From NCBI GenBank assembly GCA_033442325.1, contig JAWQFM010000017.1:416731-480730 (forward strand): a stretch of 64,000 bases of DNA, read 5' to 3'. How positions within the stretch are numbered: the first letter of the stretch is position 1; the number at the start of each line of letters is the position of its first letter. The notes beneath the pieces were generated by a model that saw nothing but the letters and a program-made list of their open reading frames with translations, searched no databases and was not told the DNA's origin. Positions 52,680 to 64,000 of this stretch are shown here, in pieces. Both the position numbers and the translations under genes were made by a program. The stretch comes from Salpingoeca rosetta (Eukaryota; Protista; Choanoflagellata).

Positions 52680-54368
52680 CTAGTGTCGAGGCTGCATGCT
52701 GGCTTGTTGGCGGCGGAAGAGGCCATTCAAGGGGTGGCCGGTGTTGGTCTTGGTGTGGCTGATGCTGCTGTTCCTGTTGTTGCGAAAGGAGGTTGCCTGT
52801 GTGGCTGCCAGCTTCTTGCTTGCGCTCCGCACGCCATACATGGACTTGTACTTTTCCTCCTTACTCGCCGGCGGAAGCGACATGGCGGACCGTGCGTGCA
52901 GGCTCTGTGTTCTGGGCGAAACACGCGGCCACGTGGCATCAGCGTTAGTTGTGTTGCTACTATTGCTGCTGTTGTGATTGAGTGTGGCCGAGGAGGTGAA
53001 CGTCGGTGTCGTTGGCGCGGGAGCGGAGGCGCCAAGGACAACGGCTGGGTGGTCGTAGTCATCATCACGGGGCGGCTGTGAACCCGAAGAGGAGGAAGAG
53101 ATGAGTTGCACGTCGTTGTACGCGTGCTGCTGCGGTTGCTGCTGCTGTTTGGGTGGGAGCTGGGGCGGGGTTGAAGGGACGTCGTAGACGGCCGCGTAGT
53201 CCTCTTCTTGCTGCTGTTGCTGCTGCTGTTGCTGCTGCGGTAGTGGTGGTGGCGGTGGTTGCTGGCGGCGTTGTGGGGGCAGGGGCGGCGGCGGTGCTGG
53301 AGAGGAAGAAGCCACTGGCACAACGTAGACCTGTCGGGAGGCGCTGCCTGCGCTGTTGTTGCTGTGCTTGTCGTTGGGCGATGTCGCTCCACTGGTTCTC
53401 GGTGGCAAGGGAGGGGCTGGTGGCTGCGGTGAACTGGCGGACACTGACGCCACGCGAGGGCGCAGTGGAGGAGGCGGTGGCGATGGCGGAGATGGGCGAG
53501 AAGCCTTTCCGAGCGTGTGGGAGAGCGGTTGCGTAGACAGGGTTGAGCGACGCGGCGGTGGGAGTGCAGGGGCTCGACCGAGGGTGGAGGAGGTCCGGCG
53601 GGCTGTCGTGGTGATGGTCGCGGCCTTGCCAGACACAGACGGGGTGAGTCCTGCAATGGTGGGGTGGCTGTAACCTTCGTGCTTGTTGATGGTGTTGCTG
53701 TTGGTGGTTGTGGCGCTGGTGCTGCTGCTGGTGCTGCGCCTGAACGAAGGCTGTGATGGAGCGAGGCCTGTGACGGTGGGGTGGCTGTACCCTTCGTGCT
53801 TGTTGCTGGTGGTGTTGGTGGTGGTGGTGGTGCTGCTGCACCTGAACGACGGTTGTGATGGAGCGAGGCCTGTGACGGTGGGGTGGCTGTAGTCATCTAA
53901 CCCGTCGTCGTCGTCGTTGTCGTCATCGTCGTTGTCGTGGCTGTTGCCTGTTGTTGGTGGAGGGGCCACTCCTCTGCTGTTGGTGGTGCTCAAGGTTCTT
54001 GTCCTGTTGATCATGCTCAAAGTTGCTGTCCTGTTGATCATGGTGCCACACGCATCTGGGATGACGGTGGGGTGGTCATAGTCGCTGTCCTGCTGTCCGG
54101 ACGGGGCAGTGTCCGGTTGTTGTTGGTGGTGATGTTGTGGTCGTTGTTGGTGGTTTGTGTTCATCCAGGTGTGCCTGTTCTTGGAGGAGACGTGACAAGA
54201 AGCGGTGCGTCGTGGGGGAGGCAGCTCTGGCGCCGTGGCTGGTGGGCCGTGCTGTCCGGTTGGCCGCCTCCTGGTCATGAGGGTGGCGGATGAGGTCGTG
54301 GTGGCCGCAGAAGTCGTGTCGTCCACGCGCGCCCTGCACCGACGCGGCTGCTGCTGCCAACGCTGCAT
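52680..54368 (-). CDS. Intronless 562-aa Pro/Gln/Thr-rich disordered protein with 7 YxxP motifs
   Basis: Long ORF free of dinucleotide microsatellites, likely ATG at 54368 (MQRWQQQP). Motifs YDHP x2, YSHP x3, YVVP, YDVP and many PPPLPPR-type motifs. A sense-strand TG repeat follows the stop, as in other genes here. Confidence 0.6.
   Translation of the reverse strand: MQRWQQQPRRCRARVDDTTSAATTTSSATLMTRRRPTGQHGPPATAPELPPPRRTASCHVSSKNRHTWMNTNHQQRPQHHHQQQPDTAPSGQQDSDYDHPTVIPDACGTMINRTATLSMINRTRTLSTTNSRGVAPPPTTGNSHDNDDDDNDDDDGLDDYSHPTVTGLAPSQPSFRCSSTTTTTNTTSNKHEGYSHPTVTGLAPSQPSFRRSTSSSTSATTTNSNTINKHEGYSHPTIAGLTPSVSGKAATITTTARRTSSTLGRAPALPPPRRSTLSTQPLSHTLGKASRPSPPSPPPPPLRPRVASVSASSPQPPAPPLPPRTSGATSPNDKHSNNSAGSASRQVYVVPVASSSPAPPPPLPPQRRQQPPPPPLPQQQQQQQQQQEEDYAAVYDVPSTPPQLPPKQQQQPQQHAYNDVQLISSSSSGSQPPRDDDYDHPAVVLGASAPAPTTPTFTSSATLNHNSSNSSNTTNADATWPRVSPRTQSLHARSAMSLPPASKEEKYKSMYGVRSASKKLAATQATSFRNNRNSSISHTKTNTGHPLNGLFRRQQASMQPRH
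53640..53895 (-). repeat. Three coding repeats of YSHPTVTGLAPSQPSFR
   Basis: Near-identical nucleotide copies (tgtgatggagcgaggcctgtgacggtggggtggctgta x2) plus one diverged copy. Confidence 0.9.
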
Positions 54369-55246
54369 GATGATGTGACAAGGGGAGAAGGGTTCTGGGG
54401 TTGTTGCCTTGCTGTTTGCTTTTGCTGTTGTCTTTCGCAGCTGTCGACGGAAAAATGAACCTGCTGTTCTGCTGTTTGTTCGGTGGGTTGTGTTAGTGGA
54501 TGGTGATGAGCTGTCTTGCTTTGCTTGCTTCTTGTGGGAATGCGGCTTCGCTGTTGTTGTGAGATGCGCAGTGTGTCTGATGCCGCCTGATGCCACCCAC
54601 CCAAACCACGCACATGCACATGTCCGTTCGTTTTCCCCTTTGTTCTTTGAACCTACCGACACAACCACCACAACAACACCAACAACCACAGAAACCTCAC
54701 CCACGTGTACACGTCGTCGAGAATCGGACACCAACGGCACGAATCGTTTTGTGGCGTGCTGTTGTGTGGCGCGTGTGCGTGTGTGAGCGTGGGACGCGTT
54801 CGGTGCGCACTTCCAGCAAAAATTGGACAGTATTTCCGAAATTAGTTCCGTTCTCGCCGTTTTGACCAAATGTGAGTCACGAAACGTCACTCCTTGACAG
54901 ATATCGGTGGGATACGTGGTGGCGTTCTGAGCCTACTGCCTTTGTTCTCCAAGCGTCACAACCGTCGTTGTTTAACAAAGAGGACAAACCAACAAAGAGC
55001 GACCCGCAACCGCAACAACAACGACCGGATGGGCAGAACGCGCCACACAAGAACAAGCAGTCGACGACGAAACACAACACGTGTGCGCCGTTGTGTTGGA
55101 GGGCAACAAACACGCGAAAGAGTAGCAGAAAGCACTGCACCACCATTTCACGCCTCCCTTCCACGCAATTCACAAACCCGCTGCTGCCTCTTGTTGTTGT
55201 CGCCGCCCAAGCAAGGAAGCAAAAAGCAAGAGAACTAAATTACACT

Positions 55247-56128
55247 ATGGAACAGCAGCAGCCACGGCAACAACAACAGCAGCAACAAAGTCGCCGGTTT
55301 GCTGTGCGGCCGCCACCACCGCCGCTTCCAACAGAGCAGCCGCCAACGGGGAAACATGCGTGGGATCCAAAGAGCTATGACATGATGGAGGAGACGGGCT
55401 CATCGTCAGCCCACACACACCAAGGCACACACCAAGGCACACATCAAGGCACACATCAAGGCTACCCACTCGCCCCTGCCACACAACACCCGCCCACGGG
55501 CAAACATGCGTGGGATCCAAAGAGATACACCATGGTGGAGGAGACGGGCTCATCCACAACGCTGCCAACCCACTCCCGGACAGCATCGATCCAAGGTCTC
55601 AACCAACGCGCGTCCAAACAGCACCACCAACAACAACAACAACAACAACAACCACAGCAACAACCGGACAGGCGAACCGAAACGCTGCTTGAACAGCAAC
55701 AGCGAGTCGCCATGCAACACCGGCAACAACACCACCAACAGCACCAACAGCAACAAGGGCGTGCGGTGGGGGCTCACGACGACACGCGCAGGCCCTCGGT
55801 GGTGTTTGGCCTTGCAAAGCCTGCACCCTCTTACACTGGCACCATGCAGCGGGCACGAATGCCCTCGCCCCCAACGCCACCTGGCACCACGCAAACAACA
55901 ATGGCAACGTCTACAAGCGTGACGGGTACAGCAGCGGAGGGGGAGCTTCCACCGCCACCTCCACCACCACTCATGCCACGCGGCACGGCCACCATCAATC
56001 GAGGGACAAGAAGAACCACTAGTAACACGCCGCTTGGCGACACGCCACGCAAGAAGGCCATCCACGCGTACTCGCATCCCATCATCTTCTCCCGCGAAGA
56101 GGCTGACAAGCGTGCACGAGAGCGCGGA

Positions 56129-56197
<69 letters not shown>

Positions 56198-56893
56198 AGG
56201 CGTAGAGGAAGCAGCACAGCCCACACTGATGCCAGTGGTGACGACGAAGGCACTGTGTTTGGTTTCCCAGGACAGCTGATCGGGTTGGATACATTGAACT
56301 CCAAGCACACAGCAGTGTCAGCATCAGTGGCAAGGCGACCACAAGTGGCAGCAGCCACAAGCACCACCACGGCCACCACCACAACAGCAACAGCATTGCC
56401 ATCCCCACCTTTGCCGCCACTTCCACCCGGTTTGTCAACGCACCACCGACAGCGGGCGGCCACGGGCACAACGGCAGTGCGCAGCATTGAGCTTGATCGC
56501 CGAGCGCTGCAGTACGATGACTTTGAACCACCGTCGTTGCGACAGCAACGGGCAGGCAGGAGTGGATCGGGCGGGGCACGCGTGTTTGGCCAAGCCACGG
56601 CGTCCACGCAAGACGAGGTGATGCAGCACAACGTGTATGGCCAACGCGTGCAGCGAAATGACATCAGCATCAACGGCGCAAACGGCCGACGCATCACCAT
56701 CACAGATCGCCAGGGCTCTGTCTTGGAAAAGCGCAGGCAGCTGCTCCGACAACACCAGCAACAGCAGCAAAGCGGTGGCGATAACAGCAGCAGTGACACG
56801 AGTGCATCCACCAGCACGGACACGTCCAACAGCTCCGAGTCCTTGGATGAGCAGCAGGTCCGCGTCTTGCTCGGCGATTTTGCCCCGTATTGA
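55247..56893 (+). CDS. Intronless 548-aa Pro/Gln-rich disordered protein with a duplicated PPTGKHAWDPKxYxMxEETGSS motif
   Basis: Long ORF, likely ATG at 55247 (ACTATGG). Contains poly-Pro, YSHP, YDDF and YDMM. A TG microsatellite starts right after the stop. Confidence 0.6.
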
Positions 56894-56933
56894 GAATGTG
56901 CGTGCGCGTGTGTGTGTGTGTGTTGTGTGTGTG

Positions 56934-56982
<49 letters not shown>

Positions 56983-57520
56983 TTTTTGAGGTGCTGGTGC
57001 TGGTGCTGGCACTAGTGTATTGGGAGGCCGCTGACATGCAAGTTTGAGTTATTGTTGTTGCCGTCTTCATCAGCTGGTTTGGTTCTTGCTTCTTGGCTTC
57101 GCTCATGCTTTTCCTTCATTTCATTCGTTCTTTCTTATTTTCTTCTGCACTGCATCATGAAATGGATCGCTGAGTTGACATGACTGAGAGGTGAAAGGCA
57201 TAAAAGGCGTGGTGCGTGTGGATGGATGTGGCGCAGCAGAGTCTGAGAGTGAAACTAGTGGTGGACTTATCCCCTCCCTTCGTTAAAATCACATCACATC
57301 ATTCGATCCGCCTTGAAGTTCTGTTCGTGGCGTTTTGGGAATGTGCGTGACAAGCATGCATGTTAGAGGGTGGCGAAGCACAAGCATCCTGGCAGCTGCA
57401 GCTGCTTGCGACAACCGCAAGGAGCAGGCGATGCACTCTTCAGGCAGGCAAGCAAGCACCAGCACATCGTTCCATTCAGCCATTCCAACGGCCACCCACA
57501 AGTACGCCCTCGCGATCGCC

Positions 57521-60112
57521 ATGAGTGTGAGGCTTCTGTTGTTGCTGCTGACGCTCGGCCTCGTCGCTGCACCGAGCGCGACGATGAGGGTGATGGCGAT
57601 GGCTGCCTCTTCCGAGTCTTCTGCTGGTGATGGTGATGCCGATCCCCGCGCCGCGTCGCCGCGAGCGAGCGCGTTCAGCTCATCCACTGCACACCTTGGG
57701 GTGGGAGCGACGCAGGCGCCACCAAAACGCGTGACAAATGCACAGCGTGCTGCTGATGCAGCATGGCGTGCTGCGCCAGCAGATGCGCCTTCGCAGTACC
57801 TTGTGGACAAGAAGCCAACCAACGATGGTGGGCTGCTCTTTGTCTACACAAACGACAAGGACGCAGGCGCTGCGCCTGAAGAGCACCCCTTGCCGCCTTG
57901 TGACGTCTCTGCAGTCATCAGCTATCGCGAACGCATTGACCCGATCCATCAGGTGTGCGATGTGTGCATGAGTGCATGTGTGTATGGATGTGTTCGTGTG
58001 TTATGTACATGTGTTTGGGGTTGTACGTGTGTGTGTGTGTTTGTGTGTGTTTGTGTGTGTGTGTGTGTGTTTGTTTGTTTGTATGTTTGTGGTTGTACGT
58101 GCACCCTTGCTTGCTTTTCGACAACCTCGAACTGTATCTCTCCCTCCCTTTCTCTTTCTGTCTCACTCACTCACTCACACACACACACACTCACTCTCTC
58201 TGAATGAAGATTATTCAAACGCGGCTGCGCCAGGAGGGCGTGTGCCACTTTCATCTTGTGGTTGTGTTGTGGGACGTGGCATGGACCAAGCATCAGGTGG
58301 GGAGTGTGCTGCGCTAAGGTATTTGCATCGTGCCTGCAGGCAAGCAAGCGAGCGTGTAAGAGTGCTTTGCTGGCTTGGTTTTGTGGTCCACTCACCAATG
58401 CTCACACACACATTTTGTTTGTGTTGACAGGTGGAGGAGTATGTTCGTGTACTGAAGACACGACCGCGGACAACATTGCTGATCCACCGCGGATCGCTGA
58501 CGTGCTATATGTGTTTGCGCAACATGGCCTTGCCATACATTGCCTCCACCAAGTACACCCTCTGGGCAGATCACGGCACCTTGTGGAAGGACAAGTACGC
58601 ATGGAGATGCGTGTGTGTGTGTGTGTGTTGCGATGTGTGTGTGTGTGTGTGTGTGCGTGTGTGCATTGCTGGTGTGTGGCAGTACTGACATCCATTTATT
58701 ATTACTCTCTCCAACCCTCTCCCTCCCCTCCCTTCTTATTTGCACACACACTAGCATGCTGGCGGTGATGCTGAAGACGGCGAGGACAGATCCTCGCAAG
58801 CCCGTGCTGGTCGCCCCACACGTCAACGAATTCGAAAGCACTGACGGTCATATCACGTGCGTGAGAAATGGCAACAGTACTGGCCATGGCAGTCCCCCTT
58901 TCGTGATGTTCACGCCGCCGTGCCAGCCGTGCCATTATCCTTCACCTCTTGCTTGTTACCAACCGACTTGCATTGCTCACATGGCTCGTTTGCTCTCTTG
59001 CTTTTCCGTTCTCGTCGCCGCTGTTAGGGTCTGGCGCAACAGCACGATGGCGGAGGAGGGCGATTCGCACCATCCCCACACGTACATCCTCTTGTACTCG
59101 AGTGCAAAGGACAGGCCCCTCTCCATTCGCCAGCGTTTCGGCACAGTCGCTCCAAAGGGGGTGCGTGCGTGCGTGTGTGCATGTGTGTGTGTGTGTGTAT
59201 GTGTGCTTGTGTGCGTGTATGTGTGCGCATGCATAACACCCATTGGTCATGTTTGAGCCTCCTCCTTTGAGCCCTGCCCTTACCTGTTGTTTTGTCTTCT
59301 CCTTTCCACAGACAACGGTCGTGAATGGCGTGGCGGCAACCGACTTGGCCGAGCCTCACATCTACCTCACCGCAAACCAATACTACTTCCAAGTCCTGTA
59401 AGTGGCGCGCACGTGTGTGCTTGTGTGTGTGCATGTGCGTGTGCGTGTATGCGTATGCGAGCGTGTGTGTGTGTGTGTGTGTGCGTGTGTGCGTGCGTGT
59501 GTGTGTGTCTGTGCTTATGGTTGCGTTTTCCAAAGCCCGTCTCGCGCTCGCCCGACCACTGATCTCACTCATCCCACTCATCCCACTCCTCCTCCCTGCG
59601 TGTTCGAGAAGGCCCCATTTTCTGGTGGTCAGGGCCGCTTGATGCATACGCTGAGCCTGCCCATTCTCCGCAAATTCGGTCGCCAGCGCCAGGTGACGCA
59701 GGTGGAAGCAGAGGGCGCTTTCCCTCTGCCATCGGTACGTCATCAGAACATGATTTCGTGTGTGATGCGATCGTGTGTCTGTTGGCAGGTTGGCGGAAAG
59801 AACTGACTCTGAAACTGAACACTCATTCCCCCCCCCCCCCCCCACACACACACACACAAACACGCACACACGTGCAGAGTGGGTACGAGGCGAGCGATGT
59901 CATCAACTTCATGTGGCAATGGGAGCCCATGACCAACATTCAACACACACACTACACGAATGCCAACAACGGCTTTGTTGACCTCAACTTTCGGTGAGCG
60001 ATGGACGAAACGTGGATAGAGCATGCAGTGTCGTACTTGCTCTGATGATTTTACCGAATATTGCGGCCCTTCAAGTTGCCTGCTTCTTTGGTTCACACAC
60101 ACACACACACAC

Positions 60113-60189
<77 letters not shown>

Positions 60190-61057
60190 TACACCGATCC
60201 ACAACCTACACAACAGGTGCCTGCACAGCGACTTGACGATGCGCTTGTCGGAGATGTCGATGCTGGAGCGCGTACCCAACGACCCGCAGACACACGCGGC
60301 ACTAATCATGGGCCAGCTTGGGCTTGCCTTCTGGCACCAGTTTTGCTTCGTCGACGGCGCAGACGTAAACGTGGCCAAGCACCCCATGCAGCTGTCGCAG
60401 GGCGCATTCACCTGCAATCGCTGGCTCTCCCTGCCAGAGGCGCTTGGCATGCACCCGCACACCCGCAAGAGCAGAGGCATCGTCTTCCGCAGCGAATTCA
60501 GCGTGCTGCACTCGGTGCCCTTCAACCTCACCGCCGCAGACGAGCTGCGAGGTGCGTGGGACGAACGTGTCAGACACCTCTCCTGGACGAGCGTGAGCAG
60601 GCTGGCTGAAGGAAAAGTGGAGACCAAGTGCCTGGACCGCCGCTATGCGATTGCCATCATCTCTGGCCTGGATACGAACCTCCCCGGTCACCTCCGCCTG
60701 CTTCGCAGCCTGCAGGGCCTGTCGTCCCTCGTGCTGGAGGAGGCGGGCGAACCCACCGGGAAGACGAAGGCCAGCAGCACCAGGACGCAGCTGTGGCTGC
60801 TGCTCAAGACGCGACCACTGAAGAAGACGCCGGTGCCGTTGCGGTCCTTCGCTGCATTGCTGGACGATGTCGTGGAGCAGGTGCGCTTGCACAATCCACA
60901 ACACACTGGGCAGTTTTTGAAGGTGCAGTACCTCTCAGCGGAGGGCGACGCTACGGAGCAGTACGTGCTCTGGACAGCAGGCTTGAAGGTGCGCGGCGTG
61001 CGACACCACCGCATCGCCCTCCAGGAGCTGCAGGGCGCGCTCAGGCCAAGGTGGTGA
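57521..61057 (+). CDS. Secreted or signal-anchored multi-exon protein with a possible GT-A (GT2-like) glycosyltransferase region
   Basis: Signal peptide MSVRLLLLLLTLGLVAA. RNMALPYIASTKYTLWADHGTLWKDNMLAVMLKTART...VLVAPHV resembles the GT2 pattern RNxG...YxxFxDxD...L. Long last exon about 60217-61057. Confidence 0.5.
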
Positions 61058-61593
61058 TTGGTCTTGGGGTCTTGGTGGGTTGAGAAGAGAAGAAGAGAAG
61101 AGGCTGGAGGTGCGTTATATTGAGATGTGCTTTCGTTTGTAGCTGTGCCTGACAAGTAAAGACGTGATTCTGAGAGACAATTGACAACCTATGAGCTGAG
61201 TGATGGATGTGAAGCCAAGAAGCTGAAGAGAGGGGGAGAGAGGAACGGACGATGGTATGGCGATCAACACGCGCTTGCATGCTCGCTTGCTGCTCTGGAA
61301 GCAAATACACGTGCCCTGTGTGTTTTTGTGTGTCGCGCTGTCGTGCATGGCTGCTTTTGTTGAAGATCTTTGTTGAAGACTTTTGTTGACAGTGTGAATG
61401 AAATTTCCACGTACGCCTATCTGGCAGCAAAACGATGGTGGAGGAAAGCGACGCCATTTTGCTCTGCACTCCCACAACAAACAACAAGCGCACGACAAGC
61501 AACAACCGCTGGACCACTGCCTTTGTGTGTGTTAGGTGTGTTGGAGCTGTCCTGCGAAGAGGAGAGCGTCTCACCTTCCCCTTCCCTGCCAGG

Positions 61594-63433
61594 ATGAGCT
61601 CGCGAAAGCCAGCTAAGAAGAAGGCATCCCAACGCAGCCGTCGCAAGAAGGTGTTCATTTCGCTGCGTTTTGGAGAGGCTGGCCATGCAGGCAAGCTGCT
61701 CAAGCGAGAGTTGGAGCAGGTGCACGGCCTGGACGTGTTCCTGTGTGACGTTGAGCCTGGTGGCAACATGGAAGAAGAGATCATCACGGCTCTCGCGGCC
61801 TGTGACTTGGCTGTCATCATGGGCACCAAGACGTACGGCAAGAAGACGCCTTCCACCTTCAGCACTTATGAGGAGCTGCGGTTTATCACGGCAAGGCAGA
61901 AGCCATTTTTCTTCATCAAGATGTGTGACGACTTTGAGGAGGAGTTCGCCCAGTTCCATCTTCCGGATTCCATCTCCTACTTTCCCTGGATCCCTGCATC
62001 CAACGATCCAGAATCCATGACGCTTCCACCCGACCTCACCTCCGCCATCGTGAACAAGCTCACCCACATCAGCACAACTAACGGCGTGACAGGCGGCAAG
62101 GGTCGCTCAATTGCCATCACCCGGCAGCTCCCAACCACGCTGGACGCTGGCCTGACACAGTGGCTGCAGCGTTACAACATGTTGTCCTCCATGGGGCTGG
62201 TGCTTGAGAAGCACCACATCACAAGTCTTCACAAGTTGGAGCAGGCAACAGAGGCCATGCGGAACCCAAGAAAGCGTGCACTGGCGAAGCGGCAGCAGCA
62301 ACAGCACCAGGGGAAGAAACGAGAAGTGCAGGGAAGCGAACCCAAGCCAACGAAGGGCGTGCGACAGCTGCATGAAGGAGTGCTGATGAAAGAGAAGGAG
62401 TTGAAGCCAGCAGAGATTGCCAAATTCCGGCGAGCGTGCAAGGCGAAGACGTGGCGCAACAACGATATGGGAAATGAGAAAGATGCGAAGGTGGATGGCA
62501 CAGAAGAGGTGCGTGAAAACGAAGATGCAAAGCAGGCAGGCGACACGTTTAATGATGAGGCAGGCCACGAAGAAGAACAAAATAAGGTGCAACCGCAACA
62601 GCAAGCGAGTGAAACACCACCGCCTGTGCGTGAGAATGTTGCGAATGAAGCGCTGTTTCGGACGTGCTTGGAGAAAGTGAGCGACGAGGACGGTAAGGAA
62701 AAAATTCTCAGCATTTGGAACAATACGTGCGGCTCCAAACTCTCGTAAGTACAGACTCCAAGGAAGCATATAAACGACGAATGGGTCCATGTGGCGTGTG
62801 AGATGGCTGTAATGGTGTGGATTGTGGACGTATGTTGTGGACAGGTTTGTGGTGCACGGTACTTCGACGGATTGTCTGATGCACTGTGCCTTTAACGCGA
62901 CATTGCATCTACATACACACACATATCCGACCGAACCACATGCAGCCTTGCATTCAACAATCTTGGACCTGCAGGCGGAACGGCGATTGGGGAGGCACTG
63001 AAAGTCAACACCACGCTGACATCGCTCGAGTTAGTTGTCGAGTGATTGTGTGCGCAGAAGCATGATATATCATGAATTTTGATGTAGTGTTTGTGTTGCG
63101 GTTGTACATTGTGGTGTTGATGTGTTGTGAGTGGTGGTTTGTGTGGTGGTTTGTGAGTGGTGGTGTGGGTGAGATAGTGGAGGGGGGCGTGTTGTAACAA
63201 CGTGAGACGATGCCGCATGCCTCCCTTTGTTTTGTGCGCGCGTGCGCGTGTGAGCATGTTTGCTGTGCGTGCATGTGTTTTGTGTTTTGAGTGGAATGCT
63301 GAGGTGGATTGTGTGATGGGCTGTGTCATTCTCTCAACATTGCATACACACATACGTACACACACACATACACACTTACGTACACACACGCGCGCGCATA
63401 CTCACATACGTACACATACGCACGCGCATACTC

Positions 63434-63479
<46 letters not shown>

Positions 63480-63559
63480 CTTAAACAACAACAACTTAAA
63501 CAACAACAACAACAACAACTTAAACAACAACAACTTAAACAACAACTTAAACAACAACT

Positions 63560-63596
<37 letters not shown>

Positions 63597-63716
63597 CCAC
63601 ACGCCGCAATCAATGCACAAAACAACATGCAGCTTGTACAGTAACAGTCTTGGACCTGCAGGCGGAACGGCGATTGGGGAGGCACTGAAAGTCAACACCA
63701 CGCTGACATCGCTCAA
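61594..63716 (+). CDS. TIR - SAM-like - RI-type LRR protein, 5' part (exons 61594-62744, 62946-63029, 63633-63716; continues past the window)
   Basis: TIR: KVFISLRFGE...LDVFLCD...IITALAACDLAVIMGTKTYG...STYEELRFI...KPFFFIKM. SAM-like: LTQWLQRYNM...LEKHHITSLHKL. 28-aa LRR exons: LAFNNLGPAGGTAIGEALKVNTTLTSL. Confidence 0.8.
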
Positions 63717-64000
63717 GTGAGTTGTTTTGTTGCGGCTGTGTATGTTGTGTATGAATATGTGCGACATTGTGTGCGACATTGTGCGCGTGCTTGCGTGTGG
63801 TTATGTTGCGGTTGTACATTGTGGTGTTGATGTGTTGTGAGTGGTGGTTTGTGAGTGGTGGTTTGTGAGTGGTGGTTTGTGTGGGTGAGATAGTGGAGGG
63901 GGGCGTGTTGTAACAACGTGAGACGATGCCGCATGCCTCCTTTTGTTTTGTGCGCGTGTGCGCGTGTGAGCATGTTTGCTGTGCGTGCATGTGTTTTGTG
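62946..64000 (+). repeat. Tandem exon+intron duplication (about 690-nt unit) carrying LRR cassettes
   Basis: Exons 62946-63029 and 63633-63716 share an identical 66-nt core. Intron sequence about 63095-63285 recurs almost identically at about 63805-64000. Confidence 0.9.

Noticed and set aside
63434-63597. (AAC)n array punctuated by TTA, considered as a CRISPR-like or coding repeat
   Set aside because: It is a simple compound microsatellite in an intron with no unique spacers. No CRISPR array, tRNA, rRNA or transposase was recognised anywhere in the window.

Overview
This is an intron-rich eukaryotic genomic window with GT-AG introns packed with (TG)n/(CA)n microsatellites and five assembly gaps. 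The style and gene content suggest a choanoflagellate such as Salpingoeca rosetta, which is an inference. Most short ORFs in the supplied track are microsatellite artefacts, so I assembled genes by hand from spliced exons. In order, the window holds: the 3' end of a probable adenylate-kinase-like gene, GPI (-), AP-4 sigma (+), FCF1 (-), RPL18 (+), an intronless cyclin G/I-like gene (+), a PX domain fused to a degenerate Tes/MJ0619-like radical-SAM fold (+), PRDX5 (+), a PhnP-like metallo-beta-lactamase (-), mitochondrial-type ArgRS (+), a ~20 kb FERM-10xPDZ-SH3-GUK-(PDZ-GUK)x2-11+xPDZ scaffold gene (+, runs into a gap), a head-to-head pair of intronless disordered Pro/Tyr-motif proteins, a secreted GT-A-like protein (+), and the start of a TIR-SAM-like-LRR gene built from tandem 84-nt LRR exons (+). 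The most novel-looking items are the chimeric mega-MAGUK, the PX/dead radical-SAM fusion, the TIR-LRR receptor with variable LRR cassettes, and the TG-5'/CA-3' polarity of introns. All family assignments come from motif recognition by eye; no searches were run.
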